Source of the DNA: an uncultured Candidatus Saccharibacteria bacterium
GTDB lineage: Bacteria > Patescibacteriota > Minisyncoccia > Phycocordibacterales > Zambryskibacteraceae
Reading direction: 5' to 3'
Assembly (NCBI GenBank): GCA_964608585.1
Contig: CAZSOL010000001.1
Coordinates: forward strand, 75,666-139,665
Length of the DNA stretch: 64,000 bases
Shown piece by piece: positions 27,318 through 38,661 of this stretch. Both the position numbers and the translations under genes were made by a program. Each line of letters begins with the position of its first letter. The stretch's first letter is position 1. The notes beneath the pieces are model-generated. The model worked only from the letters and a program-made list of their open reading frames with translations. It did not search any database and had not been told where the DNA came from.

Positions 27318-29164
27318 TAGAGGATACTCTCAGGATCTACTTTAATCAAAAAGTCTGGAGTTAGCAAAAGGAGTTTGTCCAAAAGATTTTTGTCTGGCCA
27401 GCCCTCTTTCTTTAATCTTATTATCATGGACAGAGTTTCTACATCCTTGCCACCTCTCTTACCGAGTATAAAGTGGGGTTCATACTCTAGGAAGTTGCTC
27501 TTGAGCTCGGCTGAAGCTCTCTCTAGTCTACCTCTTTTACCCTCCAAGCTTACTTTGATAAAGATGGAGAAGGGTGGGTACGACAACTCCTCTCTATCTT
27601 TGATCTCTTCTCTATAAAAGTCTAAGACATTACCAGTGGCAGCATTCTTTAGTATCTGAGCACCGGCGTTCCTTGTTTGGATGAGGAAGTTGTCCTTACT
27701 CTTCTCTCTTAGGTGGGTTATGAGGTGGAAGATTTTCTCGTTTATAAGGAAGTCGGGTATAGAGAAGAGAGGGTCTAAGGATACTACTCCGATTAGAGAG
27801 ACCTTCTTTATGTTGCTTAGGGCGAGCTCTGTGCCTACGAGGATGCTACCTTTGGAGCTTTCAAACTTCTTTAGAGTTTCTTTGACCTTACTTTTTGTGT
27901 TTGTTGTATCTTTGTCTATTACAAAGACGTTAGTCTCTGGGAAGTGGGTTTGGCACTCCTCAACGATCTTGTCTATGCCAATACCTAAGGGGTTCAACTT
28001 CCAGCTTTGGCAAGTATCGCATCTTGTCTCGGTACTTCTTTTGGCCCCGCAATGGTGGCAGAGATAAGTGTCTTTGTGCAAGACAAGAGGAGCCGAACAG
28101 TTCCTACAAAGGAGTAGTGAGGCACAATCCCCACAAATGGTTGTGGGGGAGACTCCTTTGCGTACACCAAAGAGGAAGACATTCTTACCGTCGGTTAAGG
28201 TTGCATTTATTGAGGCCACGAGCTTGTCGGAGATAACTTGGAAGTCTTTCTTCTCCCGCATGTCCATAACCTCAACATTTGAGTCAATCTTTTGTCTCCA
28301 AGAGATGGGGGTTAGCTCTGTATAATGCCCTTCTCTTTCGTGCCATAAAGTCTCTATAGAAAGAACTGAATCTCCTAGGATCAAATTAGCTCCAGAGCTC
28401 TTAGAGTAATACTTCAAAAAGGTTTTGAAGTTTATATATGGTCTAGAGAGAGTTCTGTAAGCTCTTGAACTTTCTCGCTCTATGATAAAGGTTCTTAAGT
28501 CTGTACGACTAAAGGAGGCAAAAAGCGGTGTAGTAATAAAAAGTATTGGATGCTTCTCATCCTGTGCTTTGTTTAGCACCTTACTTAACTCTTTGGGTTT
28601 AGCCAAGGTTGGGGTATAGACGAAGTCTTCTATACCCATTACAAGTTCCTCCTTAGCCAAGACAGCGTCATCGTTGTTTGGGACGACAAAGAGCACCGAG
28701 GACCCCTTGGCAAAACTCTCTCTAATAACTCCTCGGTATTCCCTGAAGCGCTCACTAATCGGAAGTTGGATAACCTTTATATCTCTGACTCCAGTCTTCT
28801 TAACGTTTATAGGCTTGCCTAATAGACTTGGATCATCAAGCAGTTTTTTTGCTAAGACTACACTCAGTACACTGCCAATAGTTGTTGCATAGTATTCCGC
28901 TGTTTGCTCTATAGCTTTGAGTAGCGAGGGGGGGATACCGCTTGATCCATTGGACAAAGAGATCTTCTTCAAGCTGAAGTCGGCCTTCTTTATAGAGCTT
29001 TTGGCTAGACGAGCGTCCTTTGACCCCACAACAAGTCCTTGAGAGTAGCCATTTCTAACTGGTATTCTCACGAAGCTTCCTAGAGGGAGCTTGTCCTTAC
29101 TAAAGTAGCTTAGAGTCGCCTTGGTGATGCCTTTAACTATGGGTATAACCTCAATGACTCGCAT
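27317..29164 (-). CDS. priA: Primosomal protein N' (PriA) homologue with degenerate helicase motifs I and II
   Basis: N-terminal 3'-DNA-binding domain; zinc ribbon CGDC...CRNC...CHHC...CDTC; C-terminal domain; Walker A position reads FAKGSS and DEAH position reads IIERESS; priA-def-fmt synteny. Confidence 0.75.
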   Translation of the reverse strand: MRVIEVIPIVKGITKATLSYFSKDKLPLGSFVRIPVRNGYSQGLVVGSKDARLAKSSIKKADFSLKKISLSNGSSGIPPSLLKAIEQTAEYYATTIGSVLSVVLAKKLLDDPSLLGKPINVKKTGVRDIKVIQLPISERFREYRGVIRESFAKGSSVLFVVPNNDDAVLAKEELVMGIEDFVYTPTLAKPKELSKVLNKAQDEKHPILFITTPLFASFSRTDLRTFIIERESSRAYRTLSRPYINFKTFLKYYSKSSGANLILGDSVLSIETLWHEREGHYTELTPISWRQKIDSNVEVMDMREKKDFQVISDKLVASINATLTDGKNVFLFGVRKGVSPTTICGDCASLLLCRNCSAPLVLHKDTYLCHHCGAKRSTETRCDTCQSWKLNPLGIGIDKIVEECQTHFPETNVFVIDKDTTNTKSKVKETLKKFESSKGSILVGTELALSNIKKVSLIGVVSLDPLFSIPDFLINEKIFHLITHLREKSKDNFLIQTRNAGAQILKNAATGNVLDFYREEIKDREELSYPPFSIFIKVSLEGKRGRLERASAELKSNFLEYEPHFILGKRGGKDVETLSMIIRLKKEGWPDKNLLDKLLLLTPDFLIKVDPESIL

Positions 29165-29190
29165 GATTGCCTCATTATAGCGGAGGAGCT

Positions 29191-31418
<2,228 letters not shown>

Positions 31419-31458
31419 AAAACCGCCCGCGAAGCGAGCGGCTTCGACGGGCGGGTTG
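31419..31458. terminator. GC-rich nested hairpin (aaccgcccg-cgaagcgagcggcttcg-acgggcgggtt), bidirectional terminator between tgt and the convergent small gene
   Basis: 9-bp outer stem with an inner 7-bp hairpin; A-rich upstream, T-rich downstream. Confidence 0.65.
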
Positions 31459-31459
31459 G

Positions 31460-31678
31460 TTACTTCTTTCCCTCGATCACACTTTCGAGCTTGCTCATGG
31501 CCGCAGTGATGAACATTGAGATCGACATTAGAGCGTTGAAGGTTGCGAGGCCGTACTGGTTACTCTCAACGTAGGACCCTGCAATTGCCGCCAGGATTAG
31601 CCCTAAAACGAACCACAAAGCAGGCATAGTGTCTCCAAATAGGTGAGAGTCGAAGAACATCTTTATTAACTTTATCAT
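31460..31678 (-). CDS. Small membrane protein (66-72 aa, start uncertain), hypothetical
   Basis: Two TM helices; minus-strand TTGACA -35 (31692..31697) only about 14-32 nt upstream, so the leader is short or the mRNA is leaderless from the second Met. Confidence 0.45.
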   Translation of the reverse strand: MIKLIKMFFDSHLFGDTMPALWFVLGLILAAIAGSYVESNQYGLATFNALMSISMFITAAMSKLESVIEGKK

Positions 31679-31742
31679 ATTACATAAGTATTGTCAAGTA
31701 CCAATTGAATACATCTAAGAAACGTTGTAATATAGGCTTTAA

Positions 31743-33785
31743 ATGAGCATTTTTAAGATAAACAACGAGTTTAAGCCTGCGGGGGACCAGCCCAAGGCCA
31801 TCAAGGAGCTCACAGAAGGGGTCAAGAAAGGGTTAAGGTATCAGACCCTTCTTGGAGTTACCGGCTCGGGCAAGACCTTCACCGCGGCCAATGTGATAGC
31901 AAACATCGGCAAACCTACTCTCGTCATTGCGCACAACAAGACTCTCGCCGCACAACTCGCACAAGAGTATAGAGAGTTCTTCCCAGAGAACGCGGTGCAC
32001 TACTTCGTCTCATACTACGACTTCTACCAACCAGAGGCCTATATGCCAGTGACAGATACTTATATAGAGAAGGAGGCCATGATAAACGAAGAGATAGACC
32101 GTCTCCGTCACGCCTCCACACAAGCCTTACTCACTCGTAAAGATGTAATCATCGTCGCATCTGTATCTTGTATTTACGGATTAGGAAGCCCTGAGGAGTA
32201 TGAGAAGGTCAATATCAAAATAGAAGTTGGGCAAAAGATTTCTAGAGCTGACTTTATACGAGAGCTTATCCGCATCCACTTCTCTAGGACGAATGCTGAT
32301 GTTACCCCTGGTACCTTCCGCGCGCTTGGTAACTCTATAGAGTTTATGCCTACAGGAGAGAGGGTTATATATAGGATAGAGATAGAGGGCAATCTTATAG
32401 AGAGTATCAAGAAGATAGATGCCGTCTCGCACTCCATCATCTCCAAGCCCACTAGCTACTTCATCTTTCCAGCCAAGCACTTTATCACAGAGGACGAGCA
32501 GTCCAAGCGTGCCTTTGAGACTATCAAGAAGGAGTTAGACGAAAGACTTAAGGAGTTAAACAAAGCGGGGAAGATCCTAGAAGCCGAAAGGTTAAAGCGT
32601 CGCACTACTTACGACCTCGCGATGATAAAGCAGATAGGCTACACAAGCGGGATAGAGAACTACTCTCGCCACTTCTCTGGCAAGAAGGCTGGAGAAGCCC
32701 CAGATACACTACTCTCCTACTTTCCACACAAGGCCGACGGCAGACCTGACTTCCTCACCGTTATAGATGAGTCGCACGTCTCTGTGCCACAGATTGGTGG
32801 TATGTATGCTGGAGACCAGTCTAGGAAGACAACTCTAGTTGAGCACGGCTTCAGACTCCCAAGCGCCAAGGATAACAGACCTCTAAGGTTTGAGGAGTTT
32901 GAGGAGAGAGTGGGGCAAGTCATCTTCACCTCCGCAACCCCCGGAGTTTATGAGAAGGAGCACTCAGACAAAGTGGTGGAGCAAGTTATCCGCCCTACAG
33001 GGCTTATAGATCCAGAGGTGACAGTAAGACCTATTCAGGAGAAGGGTAATTACAAGGGCCAAATATTTGATTTTATAGAAGAGGCGGAGAAGGTGATCAA
33101 GAAGGGCGGTAGAGCCATAGCCACCACTCTCACTAAGAAGATGGCTGAAGACCTTTCTGAATATTTGAAAGAGAAGAAGATCAAGGCCACCTATCTGCAC
33201 AGCGATATCAAGACTATTGAGAGGATAGAAATACTCACTGCATTTAGAAGGGGTGAGTTTGATGTCCTTGTGGGAGTGAATCTCTTAAGAGAGGGCTTGG
33301 ACTTACCGGAGGTGATGTTTATAGGGATATTAGATGCAGATAAGGAGGGCTTCCTCCGCTCTGAGACCTCTCTCATACAGATCATTGGTCGTGCTGCGAG
33401 GAACGTGGAAGGTAAGGTCTACCTCTATGCCGACAACGTTACAGGCTCTATAGAGCGTGCGATAGGTGAGACCAACAGAAGGCGCTCAATACAGCTTGCT
33501 TACAACAAAGAGCATGGCATTACTCCCAAGACTATCCTCAAGAAGATTAAGGATATTACTGATACCTTGAAGCGAGAGCACGAGCAGGCTGTGGGTGTAC
33601 TTCTCCAGACTGATGAGGAGTTCTTCAAAAAGAATCCAAAGAAACTTATCAAAGATAAGATGAAGGAGATGGAGGATGCGGTCCACGATCTAGACTTTGA
33701 AACCGCAGCAATACTTAGGGACGAAATCCGTGCTCTAGAGGAAAGGCTAAAAAAAAGCGCCCCCCGACCGAAGCCGAGGGGGTAG
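31743..33785 (+). CDS. uvrB: Excinuclease ABC subunit B
   Basis: [10 protein letters not shown] Walker A; helicase motifs; C-terminal UVR domain [16 protein letters not shown]. Confidence 0.95.
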   Translation: MSIFKINNEFKPAGDQPKAIKELTEGVKKGLRYQTLLGVTGSGKTFTAANVIANIGKPTLVIAHNKTLAAQLAQEYREFFPENAVHYFVSYYDFYQPEAYMPVTDTYIEKEAMINEEIDRLRHASTQALLTRKDVIIVASVSCIYGLGSPEEYEKVNIKIEVGQKISRADFIRELIRIHFSRTNADVTPGTFRALGNSIEFMPTGERVIYRIEIEGNLIESIKKIDAVSHSIISKPTSYFIFPAKHFITEDEQSKRAFETIKKELDERLKELNKAGKILEAERLKRRTTYDLAMIKQIGYTSGIENYSRHFSGKKAGEAPDTLLSYFPHKADGRPDFLTVIDESHVSVPQIGGMYAGDQSRKTTLVEHGFRLPSAKDNRPLRFEEFEERVGQVIFTSATPGVYEKEHSDKVVEQVIRPTGLIDPEVTVRPIQEKGNYKGQIFDFIEEAEKVIKKGGRAIATTLTKKMAEDLSEYLKEKKIKATYLHSDIKTIERIEILTAFRRGEFDVLVGVNLLREGLDLPEVMFIGILDADKEGFLRSETSLIQIIGRAARNVEGKVYLYADNVTGSIERAIGETNRRRSIQLAYNKEHGITPKTILKKIKDITDTLKREHEQAVGVLLQTDEEFFKKNPKKLIKDKMKEMEDAVHDLDFETAAILRDEIRALEERLKKSAPRPKPRG

Positions 33786-33794
33786 TGCAACCAG

Positions 33795-33965
33795 CGGAAT
33801 GGATCACCTCCCGGTGCAGTATTGGCCATGATGTCGGTACCACATCCTACGTTGTCTCCTCTTCAGGTTCAGGTGAGGAAGGAAGAAACGGAAGTGCGGG
33901 CACACAATCATGATGTCACCATGGATTACTGTCTCCGGGCAGAGGGTGGACGTACGGTACTGCTC
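33795..33965 (+). ncRNA. Candidate structured small RNA, possibly SRP RNA (ffs); alternative 6S-like long hairpin
   Basis: GC-rich 250-bp uvrB-uvrA spacer; long imperfect hairpin (cacctcccgg...ccgggcagagggtg; ccatg...catgg); apex carries CAGGTTCAGGTGAGGAAGGAAG, resembling E. coli 4.5S CAGGUCAGGUCCGGAAGGAAGCAGCC. Confidence 0.35.
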
Positions 33966-34041
33966 TATTTCATATCATAAACCTAAGGCGAGAAGTGTCC
34001 AGAAAGTAATACACATGCTATAGTGCTCTGTACTAACCCCT

Positions 34042-36708
34042 ATGCGTCAAGCTAGGGGCGATAACCGTATGGCCAAAGACAAAAAGACTGATACAGAGGG
34101 CAAAATAATAGTGAAGGGAGCTCGCACCCACAACCTGAAGAACATCAGCGTGGAGATGCCGAGGAACAAGATGGTGGTCTTCACCGGTCTTTCGGGCTCG
34201 GGCAAGTCCTCACTCGCTTTTGACACCATCTTCGCCGAGGGACAGCGCAGGTATGTAGAGAGCCTCTCCTCTTATGCGCGTCAGTTCCTCCACCAGATGC
34301 AGAAGCCAGATGTAGACGAGATCATTGGCCTCTCACCAGCCATCTCCATAGACCAGAAGAGTCGCTCCAACAACCCACGCTCTACCGTGGCGACTATTAC
34401 AGAAATTTATGACTACTTAAGAATCTTGTACGCGCGTATTGGTCGCCCACACTGTCTTGTCTGTGGTAGGGAGATACAAAAGCTCTCAAACGAGGAGATA
34501 AAAAATTTCATATTAGAAAAGATAGAGGAGAAGGCGAAGGTTGTAACCAAAGGCAAGAAGATAGACTTCCCATATTATGCTGAGATCTTCTCTCCAGTCG
34601 TACGAGGCAGGAAGGGGGAGTACTACCAACTTCTATACGATCTACTTGGTAAGGGCTACATAGAAGTGTTGGTAGATGGTAAGCGTCACAACCTTCGCGA
34701 GAGGATAGAGCTCACCAAGACGAAGACCCACAGTATCTCGGTATTAGTAGACGCTATTAGTCTAGGAGACTTTGCTAGTGATGCTAAGTCAGCCAATGAG
34801 AGACTTAGCGAGGCAGTGGAGAAGGCTGTGCAAGAGTCAGAGGGGTTGGTCGTACTACGCTTCCGAGATATGGCCAAGGGAGAGAAGGGGAAGAACAAGA
34901 AGGAGGAGGTAGACAACACCGAGTTCCTCATGTCGGCCAAGTGGTCTTGTCCTCACGACGGCTTCTCCTTCCCTGAGATAGAGCCGAGACTCTTCTCCTT
35001 CAACTCACCATATGGAGCGTGTCCGGAGTGTAATGGTCTTGGGACTAAGTACTTCTTCGGTACAGAGCCATGTCCGAAGTGTAAGGGCAAACGCTTGCGT
35101 GAGGAGGCCTTGAACGTGCTTGTGGGAGGCAAGAATATTGTGGAGCTCACCACTCTCTCTATCAAGGATTGTGATGAGTTCTTCAAGAAGCTTAAGTTAA
35201 CAGCCAGAGAGAAGGGGATCTCAAACGTCGTGACAAAGGAGATATCCTCTCGCCTAGACTTTATGCTAAACGTGGGTATTGAGTACCTCTCTTTGGATAG
35301 ACGCGCGCACACTCTCTCAGGAGGAGAGGCTCAGCGCATACGTTTGGCTAGCCAGCTCGGCTCTGGTCTTGTTGGAGCTCTCTATGTGTTAGACGAGCCA
35401 ACTATAGGTCTTCATGCTAGAGACAACGACAGACTTATAAAGACTTTAGTGAACCTTCGTGATCTTGGGAACACCATACTAATAGTCGAGCACGACGAAG
35501 ACACCATCTACTCCTCTGATTACATCGTAGACATCGGTCCGGGTGCAGGTAGACACGGTGGAGAGGTGGTAGTAGCCGGCGACTTGGAGGAGCTCCTAAC
35601 TGCGAAGAAGAACACTTCGGGCTCCCTTACTCTCGCATATCTTCGTGGTGAGGAGGAGGTAACGATACCCGAGGAGAGGCGCGAGAGCGACAAGGGCACC
35701 ATACAGATACGAGGGGGGAACATCTTCAACATCAAGCATATGAACGTGGATGTCCCACTCGGCAAGCTCATCTCTGTTACCGGAGTATCTGGTTCGGGTA
35801 AATCTTCTTTTGTCTACGAAATACTTTATAAAAACCTTCAAGCCAGACTGGAGAAGAGGTATAGGAGTGCACAAACCTTTAATGCCCAAAGCTTCACAGG
35901 GAGTGAGTATATCTCTCGTGCAATACTCATAGACCAGTCACCAATAGGTAGGACACCGAGGAGTAACCCAGCGACATACACAGGGGCCTTCACCTTCATC
36001 CGAGATATGTTTGCCACGAGCGAGGAGGCGAGAGCTCGGGGTTGGAAGGCGAACCGCTTCTCCTTCAACGTGAAGGGTGGAAGGTGTGAGACTTGCCAAG
36101 GTAATGGCCTTATAGAGGTGGAGATGCACTTCCTGCCCACCGTCTATGTACCGTGTGATGTCTGCCAAGGTAAGAGGTTTATGAAGGAGACTCTGGAGGT
36201 GAAGTACAAGAAGAAGAGTATCTACGATGTGCTAGAGATGACTATAGAGGAGGCCATTAACTTCTTTGAGGACATTCCTGCGATATATGACAGACTCAAG
36301 ACTCTTGGAGACGTGGGTCTTGGATATCTTAAGCTTGGACAATCTGCTACAACCCTTTCTGGAGGAGAGGCACAGAGGGTTAAGATTGCTTCGGAGCTAT
36401 ATCGACCGCACTTAGCGAAGACGATTTATATTTTAGACGAGCCAACCATCGGTCTCCACTATGCCGATGTGAAGAAGCTTATTGAGATATTGCAGAAGCT
36501 AGTAGAGAAGGGTAACACCGTGCTTGTGATAGAACACAACTTAGATCTTATAAAATCTTCTGACTACATTATTGATATCGGCCCTGAAGGAGGAGATGGG
36601 GGAGGTAAGCTTGTGGCTAAGGGTACTCCAGAGGAGGTGGCAAATACTGATACACACACAGGCGAGTATCTCCGAAAACTTTTGAGGAAAAAGAAAAAGA
36701 GCAACTAG
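34042..36708 (+). CDS. uvrA: Excinuclease ABC subunit A
   Basis: Two ABC cassettes (GLSGSGKSSL, GVSGSGKSSF); zinc fingers; LSGGEAQR signatures; an alternative start at 34069 is possible. Confidence 0.95.
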   Translation: MRQARGDNRMAKDKKTDTEGKIIVKGARTHNLKNISVEMPRNKMVVFTGLSGSGKSSLAFDTIFAEGQRRYVESLSSYARQFLHQMQKPDVDEIIGLSPAISIDQKSRSNNPRSTVATITEIYDYLRILYARIGRPHCLVCGREIQKLSNEEIKNFILEKIEEKAKVVTKGKKIDFPYYAEIFSPVVRGRKGEYYQLLYDLLGKGYIEVLVDGKRHNLRERIELTKTKTHSISVLVDAISLGDFASDAKSANERLSEAVEKAVQESEGLVVLRFRDMAKGEKGKNKKEEVDNTEFLMSAKWSCPHDGFSFPEIEPRLFSFNSPYGACPECNGLGTKYFFGTEPCPKCKGKRLREEALNVLVGGKNIVELTTLSIKDCDEFFKKLKLTAREKGISNVVTKEISSRLDFMLNVGIEYLSLDRRAHTLSGGEAQRIRLASQLGSGLVGALYVLDEPTIGLHARDNDRLIKTLVNLRDLGNTILIVEHDEDTIYSSDYIVDIGPGAGRHGGEVVVAGDLEELLTAKKNTSGSLTLAYLRGEEEVTIPEERRESDKGTIQIRGGNIFNIKHMNVDVPLGKLISVTGVSGSGKSSFVYEILYKNLQARLEKRYRSAQTFNAQSFTGSEYISRAILIDQSPIGRTPRSNPATYTGAFTFIRDMFATSEEARARGWKANRFSFNVKGGRCETCQGNGLIEVEMHFLPTVYVPCDVCQGKRFMKETLEVKYKKKSIYDVLEMTIEEAINFFEDIPAIYDRLKTLGDVGLGYLKLGQSATTLSGGEAQRVKIASELYRPHLAKTIYILDEPTIGLHYADVKKLIEILQKLVEKGNTVLVIEHNLDLIKSSDYIIDIGPEGGDGGGKLVAKGTPEEVANTDTHTGEYLRKLLRKKKKSN

Positions 36709-36730
36709 ACTTCAGTTGCTCTTCTGCATC

Positions 36731-36982
36731 TCAACACGGCTTGTGGTCGTTGATGAAGATGCTTCCTGGTTCAAAGCCGTCCATGAGAGGACGAAATTCT
36801 GGATCCGCCTTCTCTTGAGTTGGCGGAGCTGGCATCAAGGCCTGCTCGACAGACTTGAGTGGGTTCTGCCTACCAATGTTCTCAGCAAGCCCACTCGGCC
36901 CTTCAGCGATCTGGATGATCTCATCCACTTGCTGGTCGAGATCATTGGAGATCTCCTCATCAGACAAGAATCTCTGGCGCAT
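36731..36982 (-). CDS. Hypothetical acidic 83-aa protein in the uvrA-uvrC spacer; locally GC-rich
   Basis: Perfect SD AAAGGAGGAAAT before the ATG at 36982; the upstream sequence gaccccgcaca resembles a half of the 8981/9494 hairpin; about 58% GC in a 60-nt sample. Confidence 0.45.
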   Translation of the reverse strand: MRQRFLSDEEISNDLDQQVDEIIQIAEGPSGLAENIGRQNPLKSVEQALMPAPPTQEKADPEFRPLMDGFEPGSIFINDHKPC

Positions 36983-37025
36983 ATTTCCTCCTTTGTGCGG
37001 GGTCTTTAAATATAGTAGAATAGAA

Positions 37026-38213
37026 ATGGTGAATAGTCAAGCATACAAATCCACAGCCTTACCAGACTCCCCAGGTGTCTATTACTTCCTTGGACCCAAG
37101 AAAGAGGTTTTGTATGTGGGTAAGGCCACCTCACTTAAGGACAGGGTCAAGAGCTACTTTGGCAAGGACCTCATACTTACTCGTGGACCCCTCTTGGTCA
37201 AAATGGTTACAGAGGCAGAGAGTATAGAGTTTATCTCTACCGACTCGGTCCTTGAGGCATTGATGCTCGAGGCCTACCAGATAAAGCAGTATCAACCCTA
37301 CTACAACTCCAAGGCAAAGGACGACAAGAGCTACAACTTTGTCACCATTACTGATGAGGACTTCCCTAAGATAGTTGTAACTCGTGGTGCGGGGACGTAC
37401 GGACCCTTCCCACACTCGGGAGAGCTCAAGGAGGCCTTGAAGATTATTCGCAAGATCTTCCCCTATAGAGATGAGAAGTGTAAGCTCACTGGTAAACCTT
37501 GTTTTAACGCTCAACTCGGGCTGTGTCCAGGACCTTGTGCTGGTTTAATTTCTAAGACTGAATACAGTAAGCAGATAAAGAAGATCAAACTCTTCTTTGA
37601 AGCGAAGAAGTCAGAGCTTATAAAGACATTGGACAAGGAGATGAAGTCTTTGGCCAAGAGTCAGAAGTTTGAGGAGGCAGAGAGGGTCAAGAGGCAAATC
37701 TTTGCCCTAGAGCATATCCACGACATGGCTTTGATAAAGCGCGACCTAGAAGCTAGAAGCAATAAGCTAGAACCTGTATTTAGAATTGAGGCTTACGACA
37801 TCGCACATCTATCAGGCAAGGATACTGTGGGAGTGATGGTGGTTGTAGAGGACGGTGAGCGAGCCCCGAGTCAGTACAGGAAGTTTAAGATCAAGGTAGA
37901 CAAGAACGATGATGTAGGTAATTTGAAGGAGGTGCTAACAAGACGACTTAACCATCCTGAGTGGAGGATGCCAGATGTTGTAGTAATAGACGGAGGAGTG
38001 GGTCAGATAAATGTGGCCAAAGAAGTTTTGAAGGACACTAAGCTAGACATAGTAGCAGTAACGAAGGATGAGAGACATAAAGCAAGAGATTTGGTGGGGG
38101 ACAAGGAGATAATAAAAAAGTGGGAGAAGTCTATACTCTTAGCCAACGCAGAGGCACACCGCTTCGCAATAAGTTATCATCGCAAATTGCGTGGCAAAGG
38201 TTTTAGAATATAA
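37026..38213 (+). CDS. uvrC: Excinuclease ABC subunit C, short form (395 aa, no C-terminal HhH region)
   Basis: GIY-YIG (GVYYF...LYVGKA); UVR domain QKFEEAERVKRQIFALE; RNase H-like endonuclease region IEAYDIAHLSGKDTVGVMVVV; start at the internal Met of the longer track ORF. Confidence 0.85.
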   Translation: MVNSQAYKSTALPDSPGVYYFLGPKKEVLYVGKATSLKDRVKSYFGKDLILTRGPLLVKMVTEAESIEFISTDSVLEALMLEAYQIKQYQPYYNSKAKDDKSYNFVTITDEDFPKIVVTRGAGTYGPFPHSGELKEALKIIRKIFPYRDEKCKLTGKPCFNAQLGLCPGPCAGLISKTEYSKQIKKIKLFFEAKKSELIKTLDKEMKSLAKSQKFEEAERVKRQIFALEHIHDMALIKRDLEARSNKLEPVFRIEAYDIAHLSGKDTVGVMVVVEDGERAPSQYRKFKIKVDKNDDVGNLKEVLTRRLNHPEWRMPDVVVIDGGVGQINVAKEVLKDTKLDIVAVTKDERHKARDLVGDKEIIKKWEKSILLANAEAHRFAISYHRKLRGKGFRI

Positions 38214-38225
38214 ATCAACAAAACT

Positions 38226-38612
38226 ATGAAAAGAATCATTATCTCTGGCTTTATTTTGGTGGTGATAGCTGTCATTATCGCCAATGTATACTCCGACTCC
38301 TCTACGCTCACTCCAGCTTCTCTTGGCCCTATTACTAAAGTTGTTGTAGACGGGGAGGAGAAAAATGCTATATCAATAAACCTAAACGATGCTGACCGCG
38401 TTTATATGGGCACTCGTTGTCCAGGAAATCTGAGTCAACAAGACAATAGCTCTTACATAACAAGAGAGATGGCCCCAGAAGGATATGGAGTTATCTTCCA
38501 TTACGATAACGTAGGAGAGTGCATCTACAAACTTAGATCAGTTGACCAGTTCGGAAAGGATATCCCAACAGAGCACGGAGATCTCTACTACGGTTCGTTC
38601 ATTCTTGAATAA
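38226..38612 (+). CDS. Signal-anchored hypothetical protein (128 aa)
   Basis: N-terminal TM IIISGFILVVIAVIIANV; two Cys pairs; no known domain. Confidence 0.4.
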   Translation: MKRIIISGFILVVIAVIIANVYSDSSTLTPASLGPITKVVVDGEEKNAISINLNDADRVYMGTRCPGNLSQQDNSSYITREMAPEGYGVIFHYDNVGECIYKLRSVDQFGKDIPTEHGDLYYGSFILE

Positions 38613-38661
38613 AGAACTGGTTAAATGTAGGACTTTTACGAAGTGAGGTATAATTTCTAAT

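Noticed and set aside
33828-33998. ATG-initiated 56-codon frame within the uvrB-uvrA spacer
   Set aside because: It has no SD. It is in phase with the uvrB stop (likely a chance extension). The region shows long-range base pairing more consistent with an RNA gene.
36716-37009. Plus-strand 97-aa ORF overlapping the 36731..36982 minus-strand gene
   Set aside because: No SD is present. It would run into the uvrC start region. The minus-strand frame has a perfect AAAGGAGG SD.
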